Source: an uncultured Ruficoccus sp.
Lineage (GTDB): Bacteria > Verrucomicrobiota > Verrucomicrobiia > Opitutales > Cerasicoccaceae
Assembly: GCA_965140785.1 (NCBI GenBank)
Contig: OZ223511.1
Location: forward strand, 17,680 to 81,679
Direction: 5' to 3'
DNA: 64,000 nucleotides
A model generated the notes under the pieces. It searched no databases. It was not told where the DNA came from and saw only the letters and a list, made by a program, of their open reading frames with translations. Position 1 is the first letter of the stretch; the number at the start of each line of letters is the position of its first letter. Position numbers and translations under genes: made by a program. Positions 38,770 to 48,672 of this stretch are shown in pieces.

Positions 38770-41745
38770 CTACTTCAACGCCTCGAAGAGAATCTCGGCC
38801 GGGTGGCGGGCGGTGCGACCGGTGCCGTCATGAATCTGGTGGCGGCAGGAGGTGCCGGGGGCGGCCACGAGGTCGTCCGGGGCGGCGGCGCGGACGGCGG
38901 GGAAGAGCACGAGCTCGCCGACTTTCATCGAGACCGCGTAGTGCTCCTTTTCGTAGCCGAAGGACCCGGCCATGCCGCAACAGCCCGAGGGGATGACCTC
39001 GACCGTGTAGTTGCGGGGCAATGACAGCGCCTGGACTGTCGGCTCGACCGAGGCGAGCGCCTTCTGGAAACAGTGACCGTGCAGGTGGATGGTTTTTTTC
39101 TCGTCCGTGAAGGCGTCGGCGCTGATGCGTCCGGCTGCGATCTCGCGCTGGATGAACTCGGAAAAGAGCAGGCAGTTCTTGCCCAGGGCGCGGGCGGTGG
39201 GCTTGAGGTCGGCGGGCACGAGGTCCGGGTACTCGTCGCGGAAGCCGAGGATGGCGGATGGCTCGATGCCCACGAGTGGAGCCTCACCGGTGACGAGCGG
39301 GGCGAGCAGCTTTACATTTTCCTCGGCGATGGTGGCGGCTTTGCGGATGAGGCCCTTCGAGAGCCAGGTGCGGGCGCTCTCGCCGTGCTTGGGAATGATG
39401 ACTTCGTAGCCCAGGCGCTGGAGGAGCTGGATCGCTTTCTGGCCGACGGGCACGTCGTTGTAATCGGTGAACTCGTCGCAGAACAGGTACACCTTGCGCT
39501 TGGGCGCCGGGGCTGGCGCGGCGACGTTTTTCTCCGAGGTTCCGCCGCGCTTTTTATGCCAGCGGGTGACGGTCGTCGAGTGCCGCATGGGGATGGTGCG
39601 GTCGGGGTGGAAGCCGTTGAGGTTATTTAAGAGCCGACGGATCGGCGCGGTGCCGAAGAGGAAGTTCCAGGCCCACGGGGCGACATCGACCATTTTCTGG
39701 AAGAGGGTGAAATTGGCGATCATGCGCGAGCGCAGGGGGACGCCGTGCTCGTCGTAGTAGTGCTGGAGGAACTCGGCCTTGAGCTTGGCAATGTCCACGT
39801 TGGAGGGGCACTCGGACTTGCAGCCCTTGCACGAGAGGCACAGGTCCATGACCTCTTTGACCTCGTCGGAGTCGAAGGGTTTGAGCGCGTCGCGGGGGTG
39901 GGTGAGGGTGTGGCGCAGGATGTTGGCGCGGGCGCGGGTGGTGTGCTTCTCCTCGCGGGTGGCCATGTAGCTGGGGCACATGGTGCCGCCGGCCAGGTGG
40001 CCCTTGCGGCAGTCGCCGGAGCCGTTGCACTGCTCGGCGGCGCGGAGGACGCCGAGCGTGTCACTAAAGTCGAAAATCGTGTCGTACTGCGGGTTCGGGG
40101 TGTCCGGGGTGACGCGCAGGCTCGTGTCCATCGGCGGGGTGTCGATGATCTTGCCGGGGTTGAAAATGTGCTGCGGGTCAAAGGTCTCCTTGATCCGGCG
40201 CATGAGGGCAAAGCACTCCTCGCCCACCATGAAGGGGATGAACTCGCCGCGCAGGCGGCCGTCGCCGTGCTCGCCACTGAGAGAGCCGTTGTACTTTTTG
40301 ACCAGGGCGGCGATGTCCTCGGCCACGCCGCGGAAGGTCTTCAAGCCCTCGGGGCTCTTGAGGTTGAACATCGGGCGCGTGTGCAGTTCGCCGGACCCGG
40401 CGTGAGCGTAGTAGACGCACTCGATCTTGTACTTGTCGCGCATGAGGGCATCGAACTCGCCGATGTAGGCGGGCAGGTCGTGCACATCGACGGCGGTGTC
40501 CTCGACGATCTCGCGGGGCTTGGCGTCGCCGGGGACGTTGCTCATGAGGCCCTGTCCGGCGCGGCGCAGTTCCCAGACCTTGTGCTGGTCGGGGCCCTTG
40601 AGAATCGGATAATGGTAGCCGAGCCCGGCCTGTTTCAACTCGGCGATGAGAGTGGTTAAGTGGTTGTCCACCTCGGTCTCGTCCTCGGAGCGGATATCGA
40701 CGACAAGGATCGCGCCGGGGTCGCCATCGACGAAGAAGCGGTTTTTCGATTGCTCGCGGTTGCGCTTGGTGGCCTCCAGAATGTGGCGGTCGATCAACTC
40801 CACGGCGAAGGGGCCGTGCGGGAGCGCGTGCAGCACCGCCCGCAGGGACTGGTCCACATCGACAAAGTGCGCACAGAGCAGGGCGCTGTGCTTGGGCGGG
40901 AGCGGGTTGAGGTCGATTTCAAACTCGACCCCGAAAAACAGCGTGCCCTCCGACCCGGCGATGAGCTGGCACAGGTTGAACGGCTTGTCCGAGGCCGGGT
41001 CGAAGACCCGCGCATCCATCAACTGGTCGAGCGCGTAGCCGGTGTTGCGGCGGGGGATGGAGGACTTGGGGAAGCTATTTGTGATGAGGTCGCGGTTGGC
41101 CTTGTCTCCGAGCAGGTCGCGGCAGCAGCGGTAGATCTGCGCCTCCAGCGAATCCTCGGGACCGGCGCACTTTGCGGCAAACTCTTCTTCGGTCAACGCG
41201 CCGAACGTCACCTCCGAGCCGTCAGAGAGAAAGCCCCGGCAGGAGATCAGGTGGTCGCGGGCGGAGCCATAGACGACGGAGTTGGAGCCGCAGGAGTTGT
41301 TGCCGACCATGCCGCCGATCATGGCGCGGTTGGCGGTCGAGGTTTCCGGCCCGTAGAGCAGGCCGTGCGGCTGGAGGTACTGGTTGAGTTCGTTGCGGAC
41401 GACGCCCGGCTGCACGCGCACCCGGCGCTTGTCAGCGTCGAGGGAGAGGATCTGGTTCAGGTACTTACCGATATCGACCACGATACCCCCGCCCACGACC
41501 TGCCCGGCGAGCGAAGTGCCCGCCGTGCGCGGGATGAGGCCGATCCGGTGCCGGGCGGCAAAGCGGATGAGCGTGGCCACGTCCTGTTCGTTCTCCGGAA
41601 AGGCCACCGCCTGCGGGAACTCCTGGTACTCGGAGGCATCGGTGGCGTAGAGCTTGCGCATGACCGTTCCGGTGTGGAGCGTGCCGGTCAGTTGCTGTTT
41701 AAGCTGTTCGAGCGCGGGGGCGGGCTTGGGTAAAACAGGTGTCAT
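38770..41745 (-). CDS. FAD-linked oxidoreductase fused to Fe-S/CCG domains (YdiJ / D-2-hydroxyacid dehydrogenase-like)
   Basis: YATDAS, GTSLAGQ, GSEGTL, SGEHGDG, CNGSGDC, CLSCKGC and CCGMAGSFG motifs; start MTPVLP. Confidence 0.92.
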   Translation of the reverse strand: MTPVLPKPAPALEQLKQQLTGTLHTGTVMRKLYATDASEYQEFPQAVAFPENEQDVATLIRFAARHRIGLIPRTAGTSLAGQVVGGGIVVDIGKYLNQILSLDADKRRVRVQPGVVRNELNQYLQPHGLLYGPETSTANRAMIGGMVGNNSCGSNSVVYGSARDHLISCRGFLSDGSEVTFGALTEEEFAAKCAGPEDSLEAQIYRCCRDLLGDKANRDLITNSFPKSSIPRRNTGYALDQLMDARVFDPASDKPFNLCQLIAGSEGTLFFGVEFEIDLNPLPPKHSALLCAHFVDVDQSLRAVLHALPHGPFAVELIDRHILEATKRNREQSKNRFFVDGDPGAILVVDIRSEDETEVDNHLTTLIAELKQAGLGYHYPILKGPDQHKVWELRRAGQGLMSNVPGDAKPREIVEDTAVDVHDLPAYIGEFDALMRDKYKIECVYYAHAGSGELHTRPMFNLKSPEGLKTFRGVAEDIAALVKKYNGSLSGEHGDGRLRGEFIPFMVGEECFALMRRIKETFDPQHIFNPGKIIDTPPMDTSLRVTPDTPNPQYDTIFDFSDTLGVLRAAEQCNGSGDCRKGHLAGGTMCPSYMATREEKHTTRARANILRHTLTHPRDALKPFDSDEVKEVMDLCLSCKGCKSECPSNVDIAKLKAEFLQHYYDEHGVPLRSRMIANFTLFQKMVDVAPWAWNFLFGTAPIRRLLNNLNGFHPDRTIPMRHSTTVTRWHKKRGGTSEKNVAAPAPAPKRKVYLFCDEFTDYNDVPVGQKAIQLLQRLGYEVIIPKHGESARTWLSKGLIRKAATIAEENVKLLAPLVTGEAPLVGIEPSAILGFRDEYPDLVPADLKPTARALGKNCLLFSEFIQREIAAGRISADAFTDEKKTIHLHGHCFQKALASVEPTVQALSLPRNYTVEVIPSGCCGMAGSFGYEKEHYAVSMKVGELVLFPAVRAAAPDDLVAAPGTSCRHQIHDGTGRTARHPAEILFEALK

Positions 41746-41984
41746 CGGGGGGGTGCCTAGTGGTCGGTAAGGTGAAACGGAAAGGATCAGAATGACGTTT
41801 TTGCCGCCGGGTGTCGAGGCTGAGGGGCATCGGCGACCGGTCATATTATGATTTTTATTTCCCACTATTGCGAAAAGAGGGCGGTGACGGGCACTCCTCA
41901 CGATTGGAACTTTTTTGAACAGGTGGTGGTCGCGGCTGCAGGGGCGCAGGCAGACCCGACTGGACCGTCTCCAGTCCGAGCGCT

Positions 41985-42014
41985 AAAAAAGCCGCCCGTT
42001 TGCACGGGCGGCTT
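41985..42014 (-). terminator. Rho-independent terminator after the Ntn-hydrolase gene
   Basis: Minus strand AAGCCGCCCGT-GCAA-ACGGGCGGCTTTTTT. Confidence 0.8.
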
Positions 42015-42043
42015 GTCAGAAAGCTGGGTAGCGCGAGCGGTTA

Positions 42044-43147
42044 CTACTTCTTCGGGAAGCTCAGCTCGGGGGCTTTGAGGCCGTCCTTGAGGTCGCCCAC
42101 AAAGGGGGTCTTCGCATCGAGGTCGAAGTCCTTCAGCGCGATGGCCTGGAGCTGTTGGTTGTCGTAGGTCTTGACGTAGTAAACGCGGTCGGCCATGTCG
42201 GCGATAGCGGTCCACTGCGTGTAGTCGGCCTCATCGCTTTTGGCGTCGCGGATGATGCCCTTGGGCAAGTCGAAGTTGTTCATGATGTGCTCGACCAGGC
42301 GGACGCTCTTGATGCCCTTGGGCTGCGGGACGGGGGTCATGCTGTAGGCCAGGGCGCGGATGAAGCGCGAGGGCGGGGTCGGGTCGCCGGGGATGCCGAG
42401 CCAGCCGGAGCCCGCGCCGAAGGAGTCGATTTGGTGGCCGTTGATTTTAAGAGGCGGGGCGTTCTCGTCCGTGAGCTTGGTGTAGTTCTTCAGGTTGGTC
42501 AGGTGCCAGTCGAAGGTGGGCGAGTTAGTCATGACACCGAAGGGGTTGTCATAGACTTTGAGGGTGCCGCCCGTGGGCTCGATCACGATGGAGTTGCCGT
42601 TGGTGTCATGGAGCGTGTAGTGGAAGGGGGCGACAAAGCCGAAGGCGGGAAACACGACCTCGACCACCTGGACGTCCCCATTTTCGATCGCAGCCTTAAT
42701 CTCGTCCACATTGGCAAAGCTGGTCAGGCACCAGGAGAGGAATTCCCAGGGAGCGAGGCTCTTGGCCGGATCGGCGTCAGCCGGTTTGGTGTACTCGGCG
42801 TAGCCGGGGAAATAGAGGATGCCTCCGGCGAGGCCTTTTTCGTTCATCCCGTCACAGATGAGGGGCTGGTCCACGGCGTTCATGCCGACCGCGGCGTACT
42901 TGCCGGTCCACTTGAGGCCGTCCTGGCCTTTTTTCGCACCGGTGCCGGTGTAGCTGAGGCCCCGGGGGGCGACGACGGGCTGTGACTTGAGCTCCATGCC
43001 GAACTCCATCGTACGGCCATAGACATAGCTGTCGTCATTGGTTTTGACCAGGATGCTGGTGCAGGCCTGCGAGGAGGTTAGGCCGAGGGTGAGTAGAGCG
43101 GTGGTTCCCAGGAGGAGGCCGCTGAGGCGATTGTTCAGTATCTTCAT
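42044..43147 (-). CDS. Secreted choloylglycine hydrolase / penicillin V acylase family Ntn-hydrolase
   Basis: Signal peptide ending SQA then catalytic CTS; GRTMEF, DGMNEKGL, TNSPTFDWH and PGDPTPPSRF motifs. Confidence 0.9.
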   Translation of the reverse strand: MKILNNRLSGLLLGTTALLTLGLTSSQACTSILVKTNDDSYVYGRTMEFGMELKSQPVVAPRGLSYTGTGAKKGQDGLKWTGKYAAVGMNAVDQPLICDGMNEKGLAGGILYFPGYAEYTKPADADPAKSLAPWEFLSWCLTSFANVDEIKAAIENGDVQVVEVVFPAFGFVAPFHYTLHDTNGNSIVIEPTGGTLKVYDNPFGVMTNSPTFDWHLTNLKNYTKLTDENAPPLKINGHQIDSFGAGSGWLGIPGDPTPPSRFIRALAYSMTPVPQPKGIKSVRLVEHIMNNFDLPKGIIRDAKSDEADYTQWTAIADMADRVYYVKTYDNQQLQAIALKDFDLDAKTPFVGDLKDGLKAPELSFPKK

Positions 43148-43266
43148 AGATGATAAGGATGAGGAGGTTGTGAGAGAAGCTAAGCCCCTCACGTTATCCT
43201 CATTAGCCCCCGGGTCAACCCTCTAGAAATATAGTTCTGCGCCGGGATTGGGCTGATTGAACGCAC

Positions 43267-43302
43267 AAAAAAATCTCCGGCCCGCACCCGACCGGAGATT
43301 TT
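43267..43302 (-). terminator. Rho-independent terminator after xylA
   Basis: Minus strand AAAATCTCCGG...CCGGAGATTTTTTT. Confidence 0.7.
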
Positions 43303-43367
43303 GGCATCTGTTAACGCAACGGCTCGACTCGGTTTTTTCTGTTCGCTCCGTGATTTGTAGACCCGGC

Positions 43368-44672
43368 CTAAAGAAACTCGTTGAGGAGGTTTTCGAGCAG
43401 TTCCTGGCGGCCGCTGGCCAGGGTGGGTTCGCCGCCGGTGAGGGCGATCTGCTCCAGCTCGGCGAAGCTGCACGCGCCGGACTCGATCTTTTGGCCCAAC
43501 TCGTCGTCGAAGCTCGCGTAGCGCTCCTGAACAAAGGCGGCCAGACGACCGTCCTCGCGGATGGCGTGGGCGATCTTGAGGCCGCGGGCGAAGGCGTCCA
43601 TCCCGCCCAGGTGGGCGTAAATGAGATCCATCGGCTCGTGGGACTCGCGGCGGCGCTTGGCGTCGAAGTTGAGCCCGCCTGTGGTGAAGCCGCCCATGCC
43701 CAGCACGACAAGCATGACCTGGGTGGCGAGCATGATGTCGGTGGGGAACTGGTCGGTGTCCCAGCCGATGAGGGTGTCGCCGCGGTTGGCGTCGATACTG
43801 CCGAGCATCCCGGCGTTGGCGCAGACGGTGAGCTCGTGCTCCATCGTGTGCCCGGCGAGGGTGGCGTGGTTGGTCTCGATGTTGAGCCGGAAGCGGTCCA
43901 TCAGCCCGTACTCGCGCAAAAAGTTCAGGCAGGCGGCGGCGTCGGAATCGTACTGGTGGGTGGAGGGCTCGCGGGGCTTGGGTTCGATGTAAAAGGGTCC
44001 GTCGAAGCCGATCTGGTCGGCGTGATCGACCGCCATGTGCAGGAAGGCGGCCAGGTGGTCGAGTTCGCGCTTCATATTCGTGTTGAGCAGGGTGGCGTAG
44101 CCCTCGCGTCCGCCCCAGAAGGTGTAGCCGAGTCCGTCCAGCGCCTTCGTGCACTCCAAGGCCTTTTTCACCTGTGCGGCGGCATAGGTATAGACGCGGG
44201 AGTCGGGCGAGGTGGCCGCGCCCTGCGCATAGCGTGGGTGGGAAAAGAGACAGGCCGTGCCCCAGAGCAACTTAACACCGGTTTCAGACTGCTTGGCCTT
44301 GAGCTTTTCGACCACGGCGTCGAGCGCCCGGTTGGAGGCGGCGAGGTCATTCAGTTCCGGGGCGATGTCGCGGTCGTGCCAGCAGTAGTACTCGATGCCG
44401 GTCTTTTCCAGGAACTCGAAAAACACGTCTACGCGGCGCAGGGCGTTCTCGACCGAGTCGGAGCCGTCGTCCCAGGGCATCTGGGCGGTGCCCGCGCCGA
44501 AGGGGTCGCCGAGGGTGTTGCGCATGACGTGCCAGTAGGCCCCGGCGAAGCGCAGGTGCTCCTTCATCGGTTTACCGCCGACGAGTTCGTCGGCGTTATA
44601 GTGCTTGAAGGCGAGGGGGTTCTTCGAGGTCGGGCCCTCGTAGCGGATTTTATCGCAGTCGAAATAAGTCAT
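43368..44672 (-). CDS. xylA: Xylose isomerase (class II)
   Basis: [30 protein letters not shown] and GWDTDQF motifs. Confidence 0.97.
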   Translation of the reverse strand: MTYFDCDKIRYEGPTSKNPLAFKHYNADELVGGKPMKEHLRFAGAYWHVMRNTLGDPFGAGTAQMPWDDGSDSVENALRRVDVFFEFLEKTGIEYYCWHDRDIAPELNDLAASNRALDAVVEKLKAKQSETGVKLLWGTACLFSHPRYAQGAATSPDSRVYTYAAAQVKKALECTKALDGLGYTFWGGREGYATLLNTNMKRELDHLAAFLHMAVDHADQIGFDGPFYIEPKPREPSTHQYDSDAAACLNFLREYGLMDRFRLNIETNHATLAGHTMEHELTVCANAGMLGSIDANRGDTLIGWDTDQFPTDIMLATQVMLVVLGMGGFTTGGLNFDAKRRRESHEPMDLIYAHLGGMDAFARGLKIAHAIREDGRLAAFVQERYASFDDELGQKIESGACSFAELEQIALTGGEPTLASGRQELLENLLNEFL

Positions 44673-44771
44673 GGGTCGGGTCGGGTTTGCGGGGTGGAAG
44701 ATAGCGTTGCGGGAGAGCCCCGGAGGGGCGAGATAGTGGTTGTATTCTATCCGAAACAGGCTCCGGAGGGA

Positions 44772-44816
44772 ACCGCAATTTGCGGTTATTATCTGTTGAT
44801 TTGCGGCAAAATGCGG
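44772..44816. promoter_or_regulatory. Putative XylR operator in the xylA/xylR divergent spacer
   Basis: ATTTGCGG direct repeat at 44778 and 44799 (21-bp period); the first copy lies in the palindrome ACCGCAATTTGCGGT. Confidence 0.45.
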
Positions 44817-44830
44817 CCTACCGTTCCCTC

Positions 44831-45967
44831 ATGCGCGAACGGGTAGCCGTCATCATGAGCGAAGAGTTCCTGCGGCGGCTGACCACGGCGCTGGCGCCGT
44901 TTGTGGGGCGGCAGTTTGATTTCAAGATTATCAGCATCCGGCGTTCGCCGGAGGAGCTGGTGGCACTGTTGCGCGAACTGCGCCCGGCGGGCCTGATCAC
45001 CGAATGGCTGTCCGGCGTGACCGAGGACCTGCTGAAGCTGGGGATCCCCACCGTGATCGCGGACACGGACTTCGTCTATCCGGGCGCGGTCAGCATCGAT
45101 GTGGACGACTGGGCGGTCGGGGCCGAGGCGGCGCGGGGCTTCCTGCGGGCGGGGCTGAGCAGTTTCGCCTGCCTGAGCAACGGCACCCCTTACGCCGGGC
45201 AGCGCTTGGAGGGCTTTTGCCGGGAGATCGGGCAGACCGTGCCCGTTCATCTGGAGGAAGATTATTTGGAAACCCAGTACAGCGAGGATTTTCTCGTGCC
45301 GGGGGCGGACCTGCTGACCTGGCTGAAAGAGCTGCCCAAGCCGGTGGGGATCTTCGCCGTGCACGACCCGCTGGGGCGGTTTCTGTGCAGCGCGTGCGAG
45401 CAGGCCGGCCTAAAGGTCCCGGACCAGGTGGTGGTCATCGGGGCCAACAACGACGAACTGGTCTGCGGCCTCAGTGCGCCGACTCTCTCCAGCGTGGCCA
45501 TCCCCTGGGAGCGGATCGGGGCGCAGGTGGGGGAAGCCATGACGCGCCTGCTCGCCGGTGAGGGTGCGGGGACGGCCAGTCTGCTGGCACCGGGAGGGGT
45601 GATCATGCGGCATTCCGCCGATCACCTGGCGGTGGAGGACCCGGAACTGCGCCGGGCGATGTCGTACTTTTCGGAGCGCATTCAGGAGCCCTTCACGGTT
45701 GGCCAGATGTGCAAGGAACTGCGCCTCGCCCGACGCAGCCTGGAGCGGAAGTTTTCGGACGTGTACCGGTGCAGCCCGTGGGAAATGCTCTGCCGGATGC
45801 GCGTCAACCGGGCCCGCGAACTGCTGGCCCGGACCCGCTACCCGATCTCCATGATCGCGGGCCTGAGCGGCTTCAACGACCCAGAGCGCATGGCGGTGAT
45901 CTTCCGCCGCGTGACCGGGCGCACGCCCTCGTCCTTCCGTCGGGCGCTCCGGCTGGAGTCGCAATGA
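44831..45967 (+). CDS. xylR: XylR-type regulator (sugar-binding domain plus AraC HTH)
   Basis: LPKPVGIFAVHD, VPDQVVVIG and PTLSSV motifs; C-terminal AraC domain; divergent from xylA. Confidence 0.85.
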   Translation: MRERVAVIMSEEFLRRLTTALAPFVGRQFDFKIISIRRSPEELVALLRELRPAGLITEWLSGVTEDLLKLGIPTVIADTDFVYPGAVSIDVDDWAVGAEAARGFLRAGLSSFACLSNGTPYAGQRLEGFCREIGQTVPVHLEEDYLETQYSEDFLVPGADLLTWLKELPKPVGIFAVHDPLGRFLCSACEQAGLKVPDQVVVIGANNDELVCGLSAPTLSSVAIPWERIGAQVGEAMTRLLAGEGAGTASLLAPGGVIMRHSADHLAVEDPELRRAMSYFSERIQEPFTVGQMCKELRLARRSLERKFSDVYRCSPWEMLCRMRVNRARELLARTRYPISMIAGLSGFNDPERMAVIFRRVTGRTPSSFRRALRLESQ

Positions 45968-46172
45968 GAAGCAAGCCCCCAAGCCCCCCAAAAAATCGCC
46001 CCCGACCGAGCCAGACAGTCGCCTTCACCGGCCACGGGTAGCTCGCCCCGATGCGGCAGAGTGGGGGCGTTTGTGAGTCGCTCCCGGCGAAATCATCCCG
46101 ATCCGACGGATCAAGCCTCCGGTACATACCCTGCCTTGACTTGATCCCGGGGATGATAAGCATGGGTGTTCT

Positions 46173-48371
46173 TTGAAAGCGTTACCCCGATTTCTGCTAA
46201 TCGGTCTGGGAGTGGTTTGCCTGGCCGGTGTGGGCGGAGGGATTTATGTCCTCAAGAACCGGCAGGCGGATGAGCCGTTGCCGGTGACCGGGACCGGCGT
46301 GCCCGGCACGGCGGGCTTCCCGGCCACGTTTTTCCCGGAGCGGTACGCGAAGTTCAGCGCCAACGCCTGCCGCGATTGCCACCAGGAAAGTTTCGACGAA
46401 TGGCTGCCCAGTGATCACGCCCACGCCAACCGCCCCGTCTCGCTGGCCCTGGACCGTGCGGCTTTTCAACCGCCGCGGGAAATCGCCGCGCCCGGCGAGA
46501 CGTTCGCTTTTTCGACCGCGGCGGATAGATTTTGGATGAGCGTGCATGCCGAAAGCGGCTCGGAAGAGCGCTATGAGCTGGACGGAGTCATTGCCGTGAC
46601 GCCGCTGCGCCAGTACCTGGCCCGCCTGCCCGGCGGGCGCTGGCAGAGCACCAGCGTCGCTTACGACCCGGCCCAGGACGAGTGGTTCGATGTTTTCGCC
46701 GGGGATGAGCGCCAGCCCGGCGAGTGGGGGCACTGGAGCGGGCAGGGCATGAACTGGAACGCCAACTGCGCCTGGTGTCACATGACCGAGTACGAGAAAA
46801 ATTTCGACTGGCAAACCGACAGCTACCACACCACCTGGCTGGAGCAGGGCGTCTCCTGTCTGCAGTGCCACACCGGGATGGAGGAGCACGTGGCCGCCGC
46901 CGAGAGCTCCGGCTATACCAGTGCCCCGCCGGTCAAGACCCTGAGCGCACGCCGGGCGATGGAGAATTGCGCCAGTTGCCACTCGCGACGCGACCAGCTG
47001 ACGCCCGACACCTTCAAGCCGGGCGACATCTTTCACCAGCACTTCGGCCTGGCCCTGCCGGACCAGCCCGGCCTCTATTACCCCGACGGGCAGATCCTCG
47101 ACGAGGACTACGTGTACACCTCCTTTCTCATGAGCCCGATGGGGCACGCCGGTGTCACCTGCCTGGACTGTCACGACCCCCACTCGGGCAAGACTATCCT
47201 GCCCATCGCCAACAACAGCCTGTGCATGCGTTGCCACAGCTCGGGACTGGACGGGGCGACGATCATTGACCCGGTCACGCACAGCCATCACCCGGCCACC
47301 AGCACCGGAAACCGCTGCGTGGAGTGCCACATGCCGGAGACGACCTACATGCAGCGCGACCCGCGCCGCGACCACGGCTTTCACCTGCCCGATCCGCTCA
47401 TGACCGCCGAGCTGGGCATCCCCAATGCCTGCCAGCGTTGCCACACCGAGGAGACAACCGAGTGGGCCATCGACTGGGCCGAAAAATGGTACGGCGAAAA
47501 ACTCGCCGAGAAACCCCAGCGTCAGCGCGCCCGCGCTCTCGCCGCCGCCTATGCGGGCGAGCCGCAGGCCGTGCAGGCCCTGCTCGGGCTGGCCGCGGAC
47601 GAGCCCAACCACGCCTGGCGGGCGACCTACACCGGGCTGTTAGGTCAATATGTACCCGATCAGGACGTGCTGGCGTATCTCGACGCGGCGCTCAAGGACG
47701 ACAGCTCGTTGGTGCGAAGCCGGGCTGTGCGGGGGCTGGCCCTCCTGCCCCAGGCCGAGCCGGTGATCGCGCCTTTACTCGAAGACCCCTCCCGTAACGT
47801 TCGGTTGACCGCCGCGCAGGCCTACGCCGGTTGGGGGCAGCCGATTCCCGACGCTGAGGCGGCGCAGGAATGGCGGACGTACCTGGAATTTCAGTCCGAC
47901 CGCGTCAGCGGCGCCTTCATGCTGGCCGAGCAGGCGGTGCGCGCCGGTAATGCCCCGGAAGCGGTCCAACTGATCCGGCAGGGCGTGGCGCTCGATCCGG
48001 CCTCGTCCGAAGTGCTCCGGCAGGGCGCGGTCCTCTTCAGTCGCCTGGGCGATAATGCCGCGGCGGAGGAACTGCTCCTCCGGGCCCTCGACGAAACGCC
48101 GCGGGTGCCCATACTGCATTATTCGCTGGCCCTGCTCTACGCCGGGGACAACCGGCTGGAGGAGGCCGTGCCGCTGCTGGAAAACGCCGTCATGCTTGAT
48201 CCGCAGTTTTACCGCGCCTGGTACAATCTTGCCCTGGCCCGGACCAAGCTCGGCCAGTGGCAGGCAGCGCAAGAGGCCCTCGAAAAGGCCGCGCCCGCTT
48301 ACGCCAGGGATCCCGGTTGGCTCCAGACCCGCGCGGTTATTGAGCGCCAGCTTTCGACCGGGGGGCGGTGA
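46173..48371 (+). CDS. Octaheme cytochrome c fused to HEAT and TPR repeats
   Basis: N-terminal TM; eight CxxCH (CRDCH, CAWCH, CLQCH, CASCH, CLDCH, CMRCH, CVECH, CQRCH); HEAT-like (LKDDSSLVRSRAV, LLEDPSRNVR) and TPR-like C-terminus. Confidence 0.88.
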   Translation: MKALPRFLLIGLGVVCLAGVGGGIYVLKNRQADEPLPVTGTGVPGTAGFPATFFPERYAKFSANACRDCHQESFDEWLPSDHAHANRPVSLALDRAAFQPPREIAAPGETFAFSTAADRFWMSVHAESGSEERYELDGVIAVTPLRQYLARLPGGRWQSTSVAYDPAQDEWFDVFAGDERQPGEWGHWSGQGMNWNANCAWCHMTEYEKNFDWQTDSYHTTWLEQGVSCLQCHTGMEEHVAAAESSGYTSAPPVKTLSARRAMENCASCHSRRDQLTPDTFKPGDIFHQHFGLALPDQPGLYYPDGQILDEDYVYTSFLMSPMGHAGVTCLDCHDPHSGKTILPIANNSLCMRCHSSGLDGATIIDPVTHSHHPATSTGNRCVECHMPETTYMQRDPRRDHGFHLPDPLMTAELGIPNACQRCHTEETTEWAIDWAEKWYGEKLAEKPQRQRARALAAAYAGEPQAVQALLGLAADEPNHAWRATYTGLLGQYVPDQDVLAYLDAALKDDSSLVRSRAVRGLALLPQAEPVIAPLLEDPSRNVRLTAAQAYAGWGQPIPDAEAAQEWRTYLEFQSDRVSGAFMLAEQAVRAGNAPEAVQLIRQGVALDPASSEVLRQGAVLFSRLGDNAAAEELLLRALDETPRVPILHYSLALLYAGDNRLEEAVPLLENAVMLDPQFYRAWYNLALARTKLGQWQAAQEALEKAAPAYARDPGWLQTRAVIERQLSTGGR

Positions 48372-48527
48372 AGAAAGGAGGGAGGCCTCGTGTCGCCACC
48401 TTGCCGCAGGTTGGTGAGGGGGGATAAGTTTCCCTAGGCCTCCCAAAGGCGGCTACGCAGGGAGTCGATCGCTTTAACAAAGACCATAACCGCCTTCGCT
48501 TTGCAGAGTCGAAGGGCTTTTGTTTAA

Positions 48528-48597
48528 AACCACAGAGGGCACAGCGCACACAGAGTGGAGCTATACGCTGCTAATCCTCTTTGTGTGCTCTGTGGTT
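48528..48597. repeat. CACAGAG-type inverted tandem repeat
   Basis: AACCACAGAGGGCACAGCGCACACAGAG ... CTCTTTGTGTGCTCTGTGGTT. Confidence 0.7.
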
Positions 48598-48672
48598 AAA
48601 ACATTCTTAAAATGCTTTAGCCACGCTGTGTCGCAGGTGCTGGACCTTGTCCAGCCTATCGATATCCCGGGC

